A stretch of 64,000 nucleotides of DNA from a candidate division WOR-3 bacterium (GTDB lineage Bacteria; Hydrothermota; Tepidihabitantia; Tepidihabitantales; Tepidihabitantaceae), in contig CBFGKH010000007.1 of assembly GCA_965649295.1 (NCBI GenBank), forward strand, positions 75,464 to 139,463, read 5' to 3'. The notes below the pieces were generated by a model, which did no database searches, was not told the origin of the DNA, and saw only the letters and a list, made by a program, of their open reading frames with translations. Positions 9,817 through 18,744 of the stretch are shown here, piece after piece. Both the position numbers and the translations under genes were made by a program. Position 1 is the first letter of the stretch. Every line of letters starts with the position of its first letter.

Positions 9817-10377
9817 TTGACTCGTCGTGCCATTGTTTCAGTCTGGGACAAAGCCGGTATTACTGGACTTGCTGCTACGCTAGCCGCTGCTGGCTACGAG
9901 ATACTCTCGACATCGAAAACTGCCCAGGTGCTGCGTGAAGCGGGAATTCACGTTGTCGAGGTCTCTGAGTACACTGGCTCGCCAGAGATACTTGGTGGCA
10001 GGGTTAAGACACTACACCCACGTATCTGCGGTGGGATTCTAACAACGCGCAAGGACGAAACCGTGCCGCCGATAGATGTTGTCGTCTGCAATCTATATCC
10101 CTTCCGCGAAGCCTTTTCACGCAACGCTGGCTACGATGAGCTGATTGAGCTTATTGACATTGGCGGTGTCACCCTGCTGCGTGCGGCAGCCAAGAATCAT
10201 GAGTTTGTGACAGTGGTCCCTGGGCCAGAATACTATGCTGAGGTCGAGGCCGAAATCCGCAAGAACGGTGTCGTCGGATTAGAGTTGAGACGCAGGCTTG
10301 CGGCTGCGGCTTTCAGGATCACGAGTGACTACGATGCAGCCATAGCCGACTGGCTTGCATGTCTGCTCGCGAAGTAG
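9817..10377 (+). CDS. stand-alone IMP cyclohydrolase (PurH N-terminal MGS-like domain only)
   Basis: 186 aa. AIVSVWDKAGI..., GRVKTLHPRICGGIL, and ELIDIGGVTLLRAAAKNH (PurH cyclohydrolase signature DIGGP..RAAAKNH). It ends where the AICAR-transformylase domain would begin. TTG start directly after the apgM TGA. Confidence 0.7.
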   Translation: MTRRAIVSVWDKAGITGLAATLAAAGYEILSTSKTAQVLREAGIHVVEVSEYTGSPEILGGRVKTLHPRICGGILTTRKDETVPPIDVVVCNLYPFREAFSRNAGYDELIELIDIGGVTLLRAAAKNHEFVTVVPGPEYYAEVEAEIRKNGVVGLELRRRLAAAAFRITSDYDAAIADWLACLLAK

Positions 10378-10554
10378 CCTGACTAGAAAACCGCGACAGG
10401 GCGGTTCCGAGAGCAATTCTAAGGGTGAACCCTGAGTTTAGCGATGAAAGACACGCAATGCCCAGCGCCAGCTTAGAATTGCAGAATCTAACAACTGTCA
10501 ATCCTGAAACTCTGGTTCTCGACATCCCCGAATTACCTTCGTGCCATAACCCGC

Positions 10555-10582
10555 TTGACAGCGGACTATTGCATTCTAAGAT
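10555..10582 (+). promoter_or_regulatory. candidate sigma70 promoter for the giant adhesin gene
   Basis: TTGACA (10555-10560), 16-nt spacer, TAAGAT (10577-10582). Lies in a lower-GC 414-nt intergenic region. Confidence 0.35.
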
Positions 10583-10791
10583 ACCGGCAGTTCCGCTACG
10601 ACCAGTTGTGGAGTGCGCCACTGATTGGGCGACTGGTTGTGGTTCGGATTACATTGAGCTAACCGACCGCATATACCGCGCTAATGGTCAGGTCGTAGCA
10701 TTCTGGGCTGAGTATGGCTCGGCCGGCAAGTGTCGGTCAAAGACACGCCAGACTCGCAACCGTAAGCGAAAGACCGAAGCAGGAGGCACTG

Positions 10792-13700
10792 ATGCGTGTA
10801 ATCACAGCAATGCTTGCAGTGGCACTATTCTTGGTGTCGCTCGCGGGCGCACAAAACCAGGCGTTCTTGTTCAAATACCCTCGTTTCGTACAGGGTCAGG
10901 CAGGGACTGGAACTCCGGGGACCGGCGTTCCTTTTGCAGTATTGGGCGGTGCAAGAGCCGCTACAGCAGGCACTTATGCCTACAAACCGCGGTTGATTCT
11001 GACTACTGGTGCTGCAGCCCAGCAGATTAATTGGGTGGACAGCACATCACCAACACCTTTCATTTGGGCGCTTGATAACATAGCATGGGCGAACTGTCCG
11101 ACTTTCTATGTCCCGTCGGCCACTGGCGAGACAGCCAAAGTTTGGGCAGCGGTGAAGTGTGCCACTACCACCGTTGGCGAACGTGATACGTTAAGGTTTA
11201 GAATCCGGATTGGCACCAGCAACATCGATAGTCCGAATCAGAACGATACTGTGAAAGTACTGGATATGACGTCATCGGGTAACGGTGGTTGGCTGACAGG
11301 GCATATTTACGCTCCCGGTCCTGGGGCGCCACGTCAGAACTGTGTTGTCCTGGCGTTCGACGACGACATGTGCGTTGGTTCCTGTTTTACGGAGAACAAC
11401 AAAATCATCGAAGGTTACGACTCAACCGATGCAGGCTATTTTTACATGGCGGTCAGGGCGGGTACTATTGACTCACTCCAGGTGTATGCCCGGACAGAGT
11501 TCGTCCCTTCGCCGTTCTATACGCAGATACCGGCGCCTTGGACCGTTGTTCCCGGAGGCACGACTTCAGTAGATCTCACTTTGGGCCCTACGATTACCGA
11601 TGTGGCACGAAACATAGCTTGGCCCTACAGTAATGAGAACGTTAACGTCTGGGCGACAATTACTCCGCCGACTGGGGGAACGATTGACATTGCTCAGTTG
11701 CAGTACTCGACTGACGGAACCAACTGGACATCCAGCGTCGCGGACTCAACAGCATCCGGCAATCCCAGCGTTTACTATTTCCATTTTCAGGTTCCAACTG
11801 CTGACTCGGTGCTCTACCGTATCTATGCCCACAGCATCAATCCAGTGAGCGAGTCGTATTCATCGATAGTCAAGGTGATGATTCCGCTTGAACGGACGAT
11901 TTACCAGATTCAAGGACAAGCTTCCTCCTCGCCACTTGTCGGCAAGTATGTCCACACAGCCGGTATCGTGACTGGAATCTGCGGCAAAGATCGGGTCTAT
12001 ATCGGCACGGCCAGCGGCGGTCCCTGGAATGGACTGCTTTTCTACCGTGGCGCTGATACGATTACTTTGACCCTTACCCTTGGCGACAGTATTGATATTT
12101 CCGGGACAATTGCCGAGTTTCAGCAGCAGACCCAGATTGGTTCATCGGTACGAACCGTACGGAACGGCACCAATCGGCCGTATGACACGACTCGCGTGAG
12201 TTTGGCGCAGGCGAAACTGGAAGACTACGAAGGCGTACTGGTTGAGGTTGATACTGTGCGAATGTTGCAGTCCGGCGTCTTTGCCGGCAACGGCACCTAC
12301 CACTGTACAACTTTCGAAGGTCTAGATACGATGGTTGTTTACACCTACCAGCGTGCGCCAATTGTCGGTCAACCGATTCCCCAAGGTTACCATACGCTGG
12401 TCGCCAACGTGGCAGACTATACCGGTGTTGGGCGAGAACTGGTGCCGAGTAACATCGGCGCTTTCACCTTCATCGCACCGGATGTGCAGCTCGCCAGCAT
12501 ACTAGCACCGGCCGAGACAGTGGTTGTTGGCGAGCCCTGCGTGCCGGAGGTGAACATCACTAACCTCAGCACAATCAACACTGCGGCCAACTTCACTACG
12601 CGGTTCACTATTGCGCCGGCGGGCGGTGGTGTTCCAGTTTATAACGTTCAGAGTGGCTTTGTTTCAGTCGCCCCAGGCGTGACGCTACCCGTTTTGTTCA
12701 CGAACTGGAACGCTTACGACGGTGACTTTGCGATAAAGGCCTATGTTGAGTACGGCGCGGACCCGAATCGAAGTAACGACACGCTCGAAAGGCTATTGTT
12801 CGTTCGGACACGCGATGTCGGTGTCACGCAAATCAATTATCCTGCCGACACGGCATTCCTAAATGTTTCAGTCACTCCGCAGGTGCGTCTTGTGAACGCT
12901 GGCAATATCGTTGCAACGTTGAGCCTCCAGGTGACGATAACTGGTCCGGGCGGGATTGAGTATGACCGTACTGTTAATGGCATTGTGCTTGCGCCGGAAC
13001 AGGTGCTAGACTACTCGCTGGCCGATGCTTGGACGCCTGCCAACGTTGGCGACTACGTTGCGTCAGTGAGCGTTACGACCGCCTACGATAACAATCTTGC
13101 CAACAATCAGGTGACGGAGAATATTCTCGTTCTCACTGGTCCCGCTTCGCCAGTTCTCGTGACACCAGCGAATCATGCCCAGATCAATGATCCAACTCCA
13201 TTCTTCAGTTGGCAGACCTCGACTGGCGCGAACTGGTATCAGTTGCAGGTTTCGACCGATCCGGCATTTGTAGAACCATGCCTAATTGATGTCCAGCAGA
13301 CCAGTACTACCTACGTACCAGTCGCTGGTTTAGCAGATGGCCAGTACTACTGGCGCGTGCGGGCGTCAGCTAACAACGGTTTAGATTGGGGAGCTTACCA
13401 AGCTGAGCCATTTGACTTCGAACTGGACGCCACTCCACCGGCCCCGCCGCAACTTGTGACCCCTGGTCCGAACGCTGTTGACGTCGCGGTGAATACCGTC
13501 TTTGACTGGGAGGCACCTGAGTTCAAGAGAATCGGCGCCCAGCCTAACAGTGGAAAGTTCAAGTATGCAGGAACCGATGCAGTGGAGGCCTACCTCCTGC
13601 AGGTTGCCCGTGACGCTGGATTCAACCAGCTAGTCTATGACGTTGAGGTCCTCGGTGTCGTGACGGAATGGGCTCAGCCCGGGCCGACCTATCTGGACTA

Positions 13701-15057
13701 TGGAACAAGATACTGGTGGCGAGTGCGTGGCGAGGACAACTTTGGGAACGTCGGCGACTGGGGAACAGGGACTTTTACGACTGTGACAAACGTTGTTCCG
13801 CCAGGCGGCTGGACCGCTCGTCCTGACACAATGATTGGCGCCCCGGTTCGTGACGGCGGTGGCATCACCTACAACGCCGACAAAGGCTTGATGTACGCCA
13901 TCAAGGGCGGCAAGACCAATGAGTTCTGGCAGTACAACCCGGTAGAGACGACCTGGACCAAGCTCACTGACGTCACCGCTGGCACCAAGCCGGTCAACAA
14001 AGGCGCAGCCATCACCACCGGCGGCGGGTTCGTCTATGTGCTGAAGGGCAACAACACCTACGACTTCTACAAGTACGACATCGAGGCTGGGACCTGGGCT
14101 GCCTGCAAGCCCCTGCCCAAGGCGCTGGACCAGACTGCGACCCGGGGCAAGGCGGCCAAAGGCGGCGGCAGCCTGGCCTATGTCTATACTCGCGATTCGA
14201 GCTTCGTCTATACGCTGAAGGGCTCGGGCACGAACGAGTTCTACCGCTACGACGTGGCCCGCGACACCTTCTTCTCACTGGCGCCCGCGCCATACAACAC
14301 CAAGGCGAAGTACGACAAGGGTAGCTGGATTGCCTACGACGGCAGCCGGTTCATCTACCTGATGCAGAACAAGTACAACGCCTTGTTCAAGTATGATGTC
14401 GTGAATGAGGCTTGGGTGACGACGCCGACGCTCGACCCGATGCCACTGGTTGGCCGGTCGGGCAAGTCGAAGAAGGTCGGCGACGGCTCGTGCGCGGCCT
14501 TCAACACGAACGACGGTTACCTGTTCGCGATGAAGGGCAATAACACGCAGGAGGCGTGGAAGTACCTGCCTGGTACAAGCGACACCTGGGTCGAGCTCGA
14601 GACAATCCCGCAGGCTTATGAGGGCGGCAAGAAGAAGAAGGTGAAGGCTGGTGCCGGTGTAGCTTACTATCCGGCGACTCGCGTCTTCTTCGTCCAGAAG
14701 GGTAACAAGTCGAACCAGTTCTGGAAGTATGTGCCTGGCTCAGTGGTCTATGCCTCTCGTCCGCAGCGTGAGGGCATCGCGGTCAGTGGGCTAACCAGCG
14801 TTGGCCACAGTCTGGCGATCGCACCGAATCCGCTGGCTGGCGGTCAGGCAGTAGTGCGCTACACCTTGCCGCGGGCTGGAATGGTGAGCCTGAGCGTCTG
14901 CGATGTCACTGGCCGCGTGGTGATGGAGCGGACGTTTGCGGCTGGCCGGACCGGCGTACAGAGCCTCGACCTGCGCGGGCTCTCGGCTGGAGTGTACCTT
15001 GTCAAGCTAGACGCTAGTGGGTTCACTTTGAGCCAGAAGCTCGTAGTCGAGCGCTAG
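10792..15057 (+). CDS. giant secreted T9SS cargo protein: OB-like N-domain, CARDB-like/FN3-like repeats, 6-bladed Kelch-like propeller, T9SS C-terminal sorting domain
   Basis: I start it at MRVITAMLAVALFLVSLAGAQN (AGGAGG RBS 5 nt upstream) rather than at the ORF-track 10714. C-terminal blades with a recurring xxKGxxTxEFWxY motif. Terminal VVRYTLPRAGMVSLSVCDVTGRVV...VYLVKLDASGFTLSQKLVVER is a Por_Secre_tail-type T9SS CTD. Confidence 0.8.
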   Translation: MRVITAMLAVALFLVSLAGAQNQAFLFKYPRFVQGQAGTGTPGTGVPFAVLGGARAATAGTYAYKPRLILTTGAAAQQINWVDSTSPTPFIWALDNIAWANCPTFYVPSATGETAKVWAAVKCATTTVGERDTLRFRIRIGTSNIDSPNQNDTVKVLDMTSSGNGGWLTGHIYAPGPGAPRQNCVVLAFDDDMCVGSCFTENNKIIEGYDSTDAGYFYMAVRAGTIDSLQVYARTEFVPSPFYTQIPAPWTVVPGGTTSVDLTLGPTITDVARNIAWPYSNENVNVWATITPPTGGTIDIAQLQYSTDGTNWTSSVADSTASGNPSVYYFHFQVPTADSVLYRIYAHSINPVSESYSSIVKVMIPLERTIYQIQGQASSSPLVGKYVHTAGIVTGICGKDRVYIGTASGGPWNGLLFYRGADTITLTLTLGDSIDISGTIAEFQQQTQIGSSVRTVRNGTNRPYDTTRVSLAQAKLEDYEGVLVEVDTVRMLQSGVFAGNGTYHCTTFEGLDTMVVYTYQRAPIVGQPIPQGYHTLVANVADYTGVGRELVPSNIGAFTFIAPDVQLASILAPAETVVVGEPCVPEVNITNLSTINTAANFTTRFTIAPAGGGVPVYNVQSGFVSVAPGVTLPVLFTNWNAYDGDFAIKAYVEYGADPNRSNDTLERLLFVRTRDVGVTQINYPADTAFLNVSVTPQVRLVNAGNIVATLSLQVTITGPGGIEYDRTVNGIVLAPEQVLDYSLADAWTPANVGDYVASVSVTTAYDNNLANNQVTENILVLTGPASPVLVTPANHAQINDPTPFFSWQTSTGANWYQLQVSTDPAFVEPCLIDVQQTSTTYVPVAGLADGQYYWRVRASANNGLDWGAYQAEPFDFELDATPPAPPQLVTPGPNAVDVAVNTVFDWEAPEFKRIGAQPNSGKFKYAGTDAVEAYLLQVARDAGFNQLVYDVEVLGVVTEWAQPGPTYLDYGTRYWWRVRGEDNFGNVGDWGTGTFTTVTNVVPPGGWTARPDTMIGAPVRDGGGITYNADKGLMYAIKGGKTNEFWQYNPVETTWTKLTDVTAGTKPVNKGAAITTGGGFVYVLKGNNTYDFYKYDIEAGTWAACKPLPKALDQTATRGKAAKGGGSLAYVYTRDSSFVYTLKGSGTNEFYRYDVARDTFFSLAPAPYNTKAKYDKGSWIAYDGSRFIYLMQNKYNALFKYDVVNEAWVTTPTLDPMPLVGRSGKSKKVGDGSCAAFNTNDGYLFAMKGNNTQEAWKYLPGTSDTWVELETIPQAYEGGKKKKVKAGAGVAYYPATRVFFVQKGNKSNQFWKYVPGSVVYASRPQREGIAVSGLTSVGHSLAIAPNPLAGGQAVVRYTLPRAGMVSLSVCDVTGRVVMERTFAAGRTGVQSLDLRGLSAGVYLVKLDASGFTLSQKLVVER

Positions 15058-15141
15058 ACTAGCGCAGCCCTCGGGCTGCCCAACCTTGCGGTGGCGGGCA
15101 GATGCCCGCCACCGCAACTGGCAGATGGGTAATGGCTGTTG

Positions 15142-15169
15142 TTGTTTTCTATTGACAGCCGGGGGTAGG
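15142..15169 (+). promoter_or_regulatory. near-consensus sigma70 promoter upstream of the pilin gene
   Basis: TTGACA (15142-15147), 16 nt, TAAAAT (15164-15169). About 118-nt leader to the ATG at 15293. Confidence 0.5.
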
Positions 15170-15292
15170 GGGGTAAAATTATATTGCAGACGAGACTGGG
15201 TGCGCCTTGAGCCGCGGCAAGAGCAGGCCGTGTCCCGAGGTAGCTCGGTTTCCCTGCTAAACTAAATCCACACAAGAGAGGAGGTGGAGTCC

Positions 15293-15892
15293 ATGAAGAA
15301 TAAGGGCTTCACACTGATCGAACTGCTGGTGGTCATTCTGATCATCGGTATCCTGCTCGCCCTCATCATCCCGAACTTCGTGTTGTTCCAGGAGCGCGCT
15401 CGTCGCAGCTCAGTGAAGAACAACATGCACATCTTCCAGACGGCGCTCGAGGCATATGCCGTTGACCACAACGGTGCCTATCCGTCGGAAGACATTTCGT
15501 GGGCAGAGGATGAGGAATATGGTATCTGCTGCTGGTTCCCGGGCGGCGACCCGATCGGCGTCGGCGACGGCCCGATTCCGGGCAAGTTCCCGATCAACCC
15601 CTACAGCGGCGTCCGTTACGCTGACGGCGATGACATGTTCTGCGACGGCGCGGCCTTGGAACAGGGAACCAACGGCTATACCACCACGAACGATGACTGC
15701 CCGTACGAAGGTCTTGAAGCCGACGGTGGGTTCCAGGGTACCATCTCTGTCCTCGGCTGGGGCTGGGATGACACCTATGACGGCTCGATGCAGGAGTATG
15801 GCATCGTTGGTTGGGGCCGCGATATCACGGACCCGATGAACGACTACAACTCCGTCGAAGACATCCGTTCCTACTTCGTTCTCCACAACTAG
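15293..15892 (+). CDS. type IV pilin / pseudopilin (prepilin-type N-terminal methylation domain)
   Basis: MKNKG|FTLIELLVVILIIGILLALIIP is the class-III signal (G/F cleavage site, E at +5). AGGAGG RBS. The ORF track starts 3 codons earlier (15284). The C-terminal domain is D/G/W/Y-rich. Confidence 0.8.
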   Translation: MKNKGFTLIELLVVILIIGILLALIIPNFVLFQERARRSSVKNNMHIFQTALEAYAVDHNGAYPSEDISWAEDEEYGICCWFPGGDPIGVGDGPIPGKFPINPYSGVRYADGDDMFCDGAALEQGTNGYTTTNDDCPYEGLEADGGFQGTISVLGWGWDDTYDGSMQEYGIVGWGRDITDPMNDYNSVEDIRSYFVLHN

Positions 15893-15913
15893 TCGACCAC
15901 CATCAACTAGTCA

Positions 15914-15944
15914 GGCGGGGCGCATTGCGCCCCGCCGCTTTTGT
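15914..15944 (+). terminator. rho-independent terminator after the pilin gene
   Basis: GC hairpin ggcggggcg / cgccccgcc followed by gcttttgt. Confidence 0.6.
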
Positions 15945-16227
15945 CGCTGCTTGGCGCTGGTTGTAGCTTCCGATTCTGACGTGCTATCTTGATGAAGAAC
16001 AGCGGCAGTCTTTGTTCTTGAACCTCGGTACCGCGTGCCGCCGATAAAAAAGAGTAGGTAGGCGTCGTCCGGTCCGACTGCTGCGATGCTTGTAATTGGC
16101 AGTCTTTACGCGTTGCTGATGCTAATCTTCTGATCCTCGGCACCAGCCGAAAAACTGACCATCAACGTCTGCCTGGCGCTGACACTGCCCTTAGGCTGTT
16201 CCTTGTCCGATCCGATGGCTGTAGGTG

Positions 16228-17046
16228 CTATTCGAACGTCGCGAGGGCCGCAGGTAGTTGGTTGAGGGTGTGGATCGTTGCGTCGGCGCCGGCTTCGGCA
16301 GCTTCCATGCCGCCGCCCTGCGCGACAGGCTTGGTGCCAGCAGCGCCATCACGCCGGAGCCAGACGGTTTTCATCCCAACAGCACTGGCACCGGCGATGT
16401 CGTGCTTAGGGCTGTCGCCGACGAAGACCGCGTCGGCAGCGTCCACGCCGAGTCGCTCAAGAGCAATTGCAAAGATGCGCGGGTCAGGCTTGCGCACCCC
16501 GACTTCACGCGAGATGACGCGCACCGGAAAGTAGCTTTGGAGCCCAGAACGGGAGATTTTCTCACACTGGAGGTCGCAGGGGCCGTTAGTGACCGCGGCG
16601 AGCCGGTAGCGGTGTCTAAGCTCGTCGAGAACCGGCAGTACGTCGTCGTAGGGCACGTAACGGTTGCGACGCTCGATTGGGTAAAGGCAGGCGAGTTGCT
16701 CAGCAAGCATCGGGTCAGCAACGCCGCAAGCAGCCAGTGCTTCGAACCAGACTTCGAGGCGGAATCGTGGGGCCCAGGCGCGGAGCTCAGTCATTTCGGC
16801 ATCGTCGCCGGCGAATGTCGAGCTGAGCGCTTCCCACGAGGAAACATCAAAGTTGCCGTCGGCGGGGAAAAGGGGATGGGCACGGAACTTCTGGCGAGCG
16901 ATGCGACGCACTGCCTGACGCAGGTCTTCGGGCGGCGTGTTGTGGATGGCGCGGGCATACTGGGCAACGGCAAGGATCGCAGCGTCGGCTGCGGCCTCGT
17001 CCGGCAGCAGTGTGTCGTCAATGTCGAAGAGGACGGCTTGCAGCAT
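16228..17046 (-). CDS. HAD-superfamily hydrolase (subfamily IA-like)
   Basis: 272 aa. N-terminal motif I in VLFDIDDTLL. Motif III/IV in VFVGDSPKHDIAGASAVGM. Confidence 0.8.
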   Translation of the reverse strand: MLQAVLFDIDDTLLPDEAAADAAILAVAQYARAIHNTPPEDLRQAVRRIARQKFRAHPLFPADGNFDVSSWEALSSTFAGDDAEMTELRAWAPRFRLEVWFEALAACGVADPMLAEQLACLYPIERRNRYVPYDDVLPVLDELRHRYRLAAVTNGPCDLQCEKISRSGLQSYFPVRVISREVGVRKPDPRIFAIALERLGVDAADAVFVGDSPKHDIAGASAVGMKTVWLRRDGAAGTKPVAQGGGMEAAEAGADATIHTLNQLPAALATFE

Positions 17047-17085
17047 CAGTGATGAGCGGGCGATTGGAGCGTGGCCACTGCTCCT

Positions 17086-17517
17086 TCAGCCGAGCGGCTG
17101 GTGGTTGTCGTGGGGCTCGTGCCGCAGCAGGCCGAGCGATTCGAGTAGGTCGTGTACCTGCTGTTGGATGATGTCCCGAACCCGGCGATACTCCTCGATG
17201 CCCTTGCCGAACGGGTCAGGTATCTGCCACTGGACAACTTTGGCACCGGGCAAGAAAGGGCAGTCAACTTCGCAGCCCATGGTGACGAGGTAATTGAACC
17301 GCAGGTCCGGCAGGTCAGAGAAGCCTTTCGGCCGGGCAGCGGAGATGTCAATGCCGACTTCGTTCATCGCGGTTACGGTGTCGGTTTGGACCTGCGCGGC
17401 CGGAGCCGAGCCGGCTGAGGCGCACTCGACATCGCGGCCGAGTACCCGGCAGAACGCCTCGGCCATCTGGGAGCGGCACGAGTTGCCGACACAGGCAAAG
17501 AGAATGCGAGCTGCCAT
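17086..17517 (-). CDS. ArsC / low-molecular-weight phosphotyrosine phosphatase family protein (paralog 1)
   Basis: 143 aa. P-loop CVGNSCRS. MGCEVDCP cysteine pair. IPDPF near the C-terminus. Confidence 0.65.
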   Translation of the reverse strand: MAARILFACVGNSCRSQMAEAFCRVLGRDVECASAGSAPAAQVQTDTVTAMNEVGIDISAARPKGFSDLPDLRFNYLVTMGCEVDCPFLPGAKVVQWQIPDPFGKGIEEYRRVRDIIQQQVHDLLESLGLLRHEPHDNHQPLG

Positions 17518-17571
17518 TAACGGGAGTGTAGTCAGGTGGCGGCTGGTGTCAACGACCGCGGCAGTTGCGGC

Positions 17572-18006
17572 CTAGGCCCAGGCGATGTCGGGGTCGGCAA
17601 GCCAGCGCCGGATGTGGGTTTCGATGTCGTCGCGGATGCGGCGAAACGCGGCCAGCCGTTCGAGCTCGGAGCCGCCAGCAAGGGCGGGATTCGGGACCGG
17701 CCAGACCAGCCGCGTCGTGCCACCCGGCCAAGTGGTTGGCTCCGGGTCAGCCGATTCGTTGCAGAGGACTATGGCCAGGTCGATTGGCTCGCCGCCGAGC
17801 GCAGCCCGGAACGGCTGCGGTTCGCGGCGGTCGAGGTGAATGCCAATCTCGGCGAGGACTTGGCGGGCAAGCGGGTGGACCTCTCTGCCAGGAGTGAATC
17901 CGGCACTGCTCACATTGTAGGTATCGCCGCAGTGGTAGCGGGCAATAGCCTCGGCAATGGGCGAGCGGCAGGTGTTGTCGGCACAAAGGAACAGCACGTT
18001 AGGCAT
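17572..18006 (-). CDS. ArsC / LMW-PTP family protein (paralog 2)
   Basis: 144 aa. P-loop CADNTCRS. Only one downstream Cys (VLCNESADPEP). Confidence 0.6.
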   Translation of the reverse strand: MPNVLFLCADNTCRSPIAEAIARYHCGDTYNVSSAGFTPGREVHPLARQVLAEIGIHLDRREPQPFRAALGGEPIDLAIVLCNESADPEPTTWPGGTTRLVWPVPNPALAGGSELERLAAFRRIRDDIETHIRRWLADPDIAWA

Positions 18007-18066
18007 GCCTCAGTCTGACCGTGATGTACTAAGGCGATAGAAGCCGGTGGTCAGGCCCGTGTCAGC

Positions 18067-18510
18067 TCAGTTGGTACTGACGGTGGTGAGCCAATCGCGC
18101 AGCTTGGTTTCGATTGCATCGCGGGCAGCACGGAACGCGGCGAGCTTTTCTTCCTCGCTGCCGGTGACAGTGGCCGGGTCATCAATCGGCCAGTAGATGC
18201 GCTCAGTGAGGTCTGGCCAGGCAACCGGACAGGTCTCTGCTGCCTTTGCGCAGACAAAGATTGCCCAGCGTACCCGGACTTGCCCGAGGAACTCGCGGAC
18301 GCTCTTGGGCCGCAGGCCTTGGGTGCTGATGCCCTTCTCGGCAAGCACGCGTAATGCTAGCGGGTGGACCGCACTGGCTGGCTCAAGTCCGGCGCTGCGG
18401 GCATCGAAGCGATCGCCGGCCAGATGGCGCAAGAGCGCCTCGGCTAGCTGGCTGCGGCAGCTATTGGCTGTGCAAAGAAACAGAACGACGGGTTCGTTGT
18501 CAGACATCAA
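18067..18510 (-). CDS. arsC: thioredoxin-coupled arsenate reductase ArsC (LMW-PTP fold)
   Basis: 147 aa. CTANSCRS P-loop plus VCAKAAETCP, equivalent to the C82/C89 pair of Bacillus ArsC. WPIDDPATVTGSEEEKLAAFRAARDAIETKL parallels B. subtilis ArsC. Confidence 0.7.
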   Translation of the reverse strand: MMSDNEPVVLFLCTANSCRSQLAEALLRHLAGDRFDARSAGLEPASAVHPLALRVLAEKGISTQGLRPKSVREFLGQVRVRWAIFVCAKAAETCPVAWPDLTERIYWPIDDPATVTGSEEEKLAAFRAARDAIETKLRDWLTTVSTN

Positions 18511-18744
18511 ACAGCAGTTTGGGTTTGGATTGTCAGGCCAGGATTAGTTTCCGGTAAGGAACAAGTCAGGGATAACGGGGCGTGTGCCGTGTCTGGGTCT
18601 TGTCGTGGCGGTTGAATTCGTTAGAATGATAAGCAGTGCGGGGATGGAGTCCCCCTGAAACTGCCCGCTGGGCTGATGACTCCTGCAAGGCCGTGATGCA
18701 CTGACACACGGTTGTTCGGTAAGCGCTAATTTACGGAGGACTTC

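Noticed and set aside
10425-11030. 201-aa plus-strand ORF overlapping the start of the giant adhesin gene
   Set aside because: It is out of frame with, and overlaps, a gene that has a clear signal peptide and RBS at 10792. No motifs.
16258-17052. 264-aa plus-strand ORF fully antisense to the HAD hydrolase gene. Similar long antisense ORFs occur at 17536..18018, 35300..36034, 37312..38238, 41252..41935, 61036..62304 and elsewhere.
   Set aside because: These are typical high-GC antisense open frames: Arg/Ala/Gly/Pro-rich, no motifs, no RBS. The opposite strand encodes a protein with clear family signatures.
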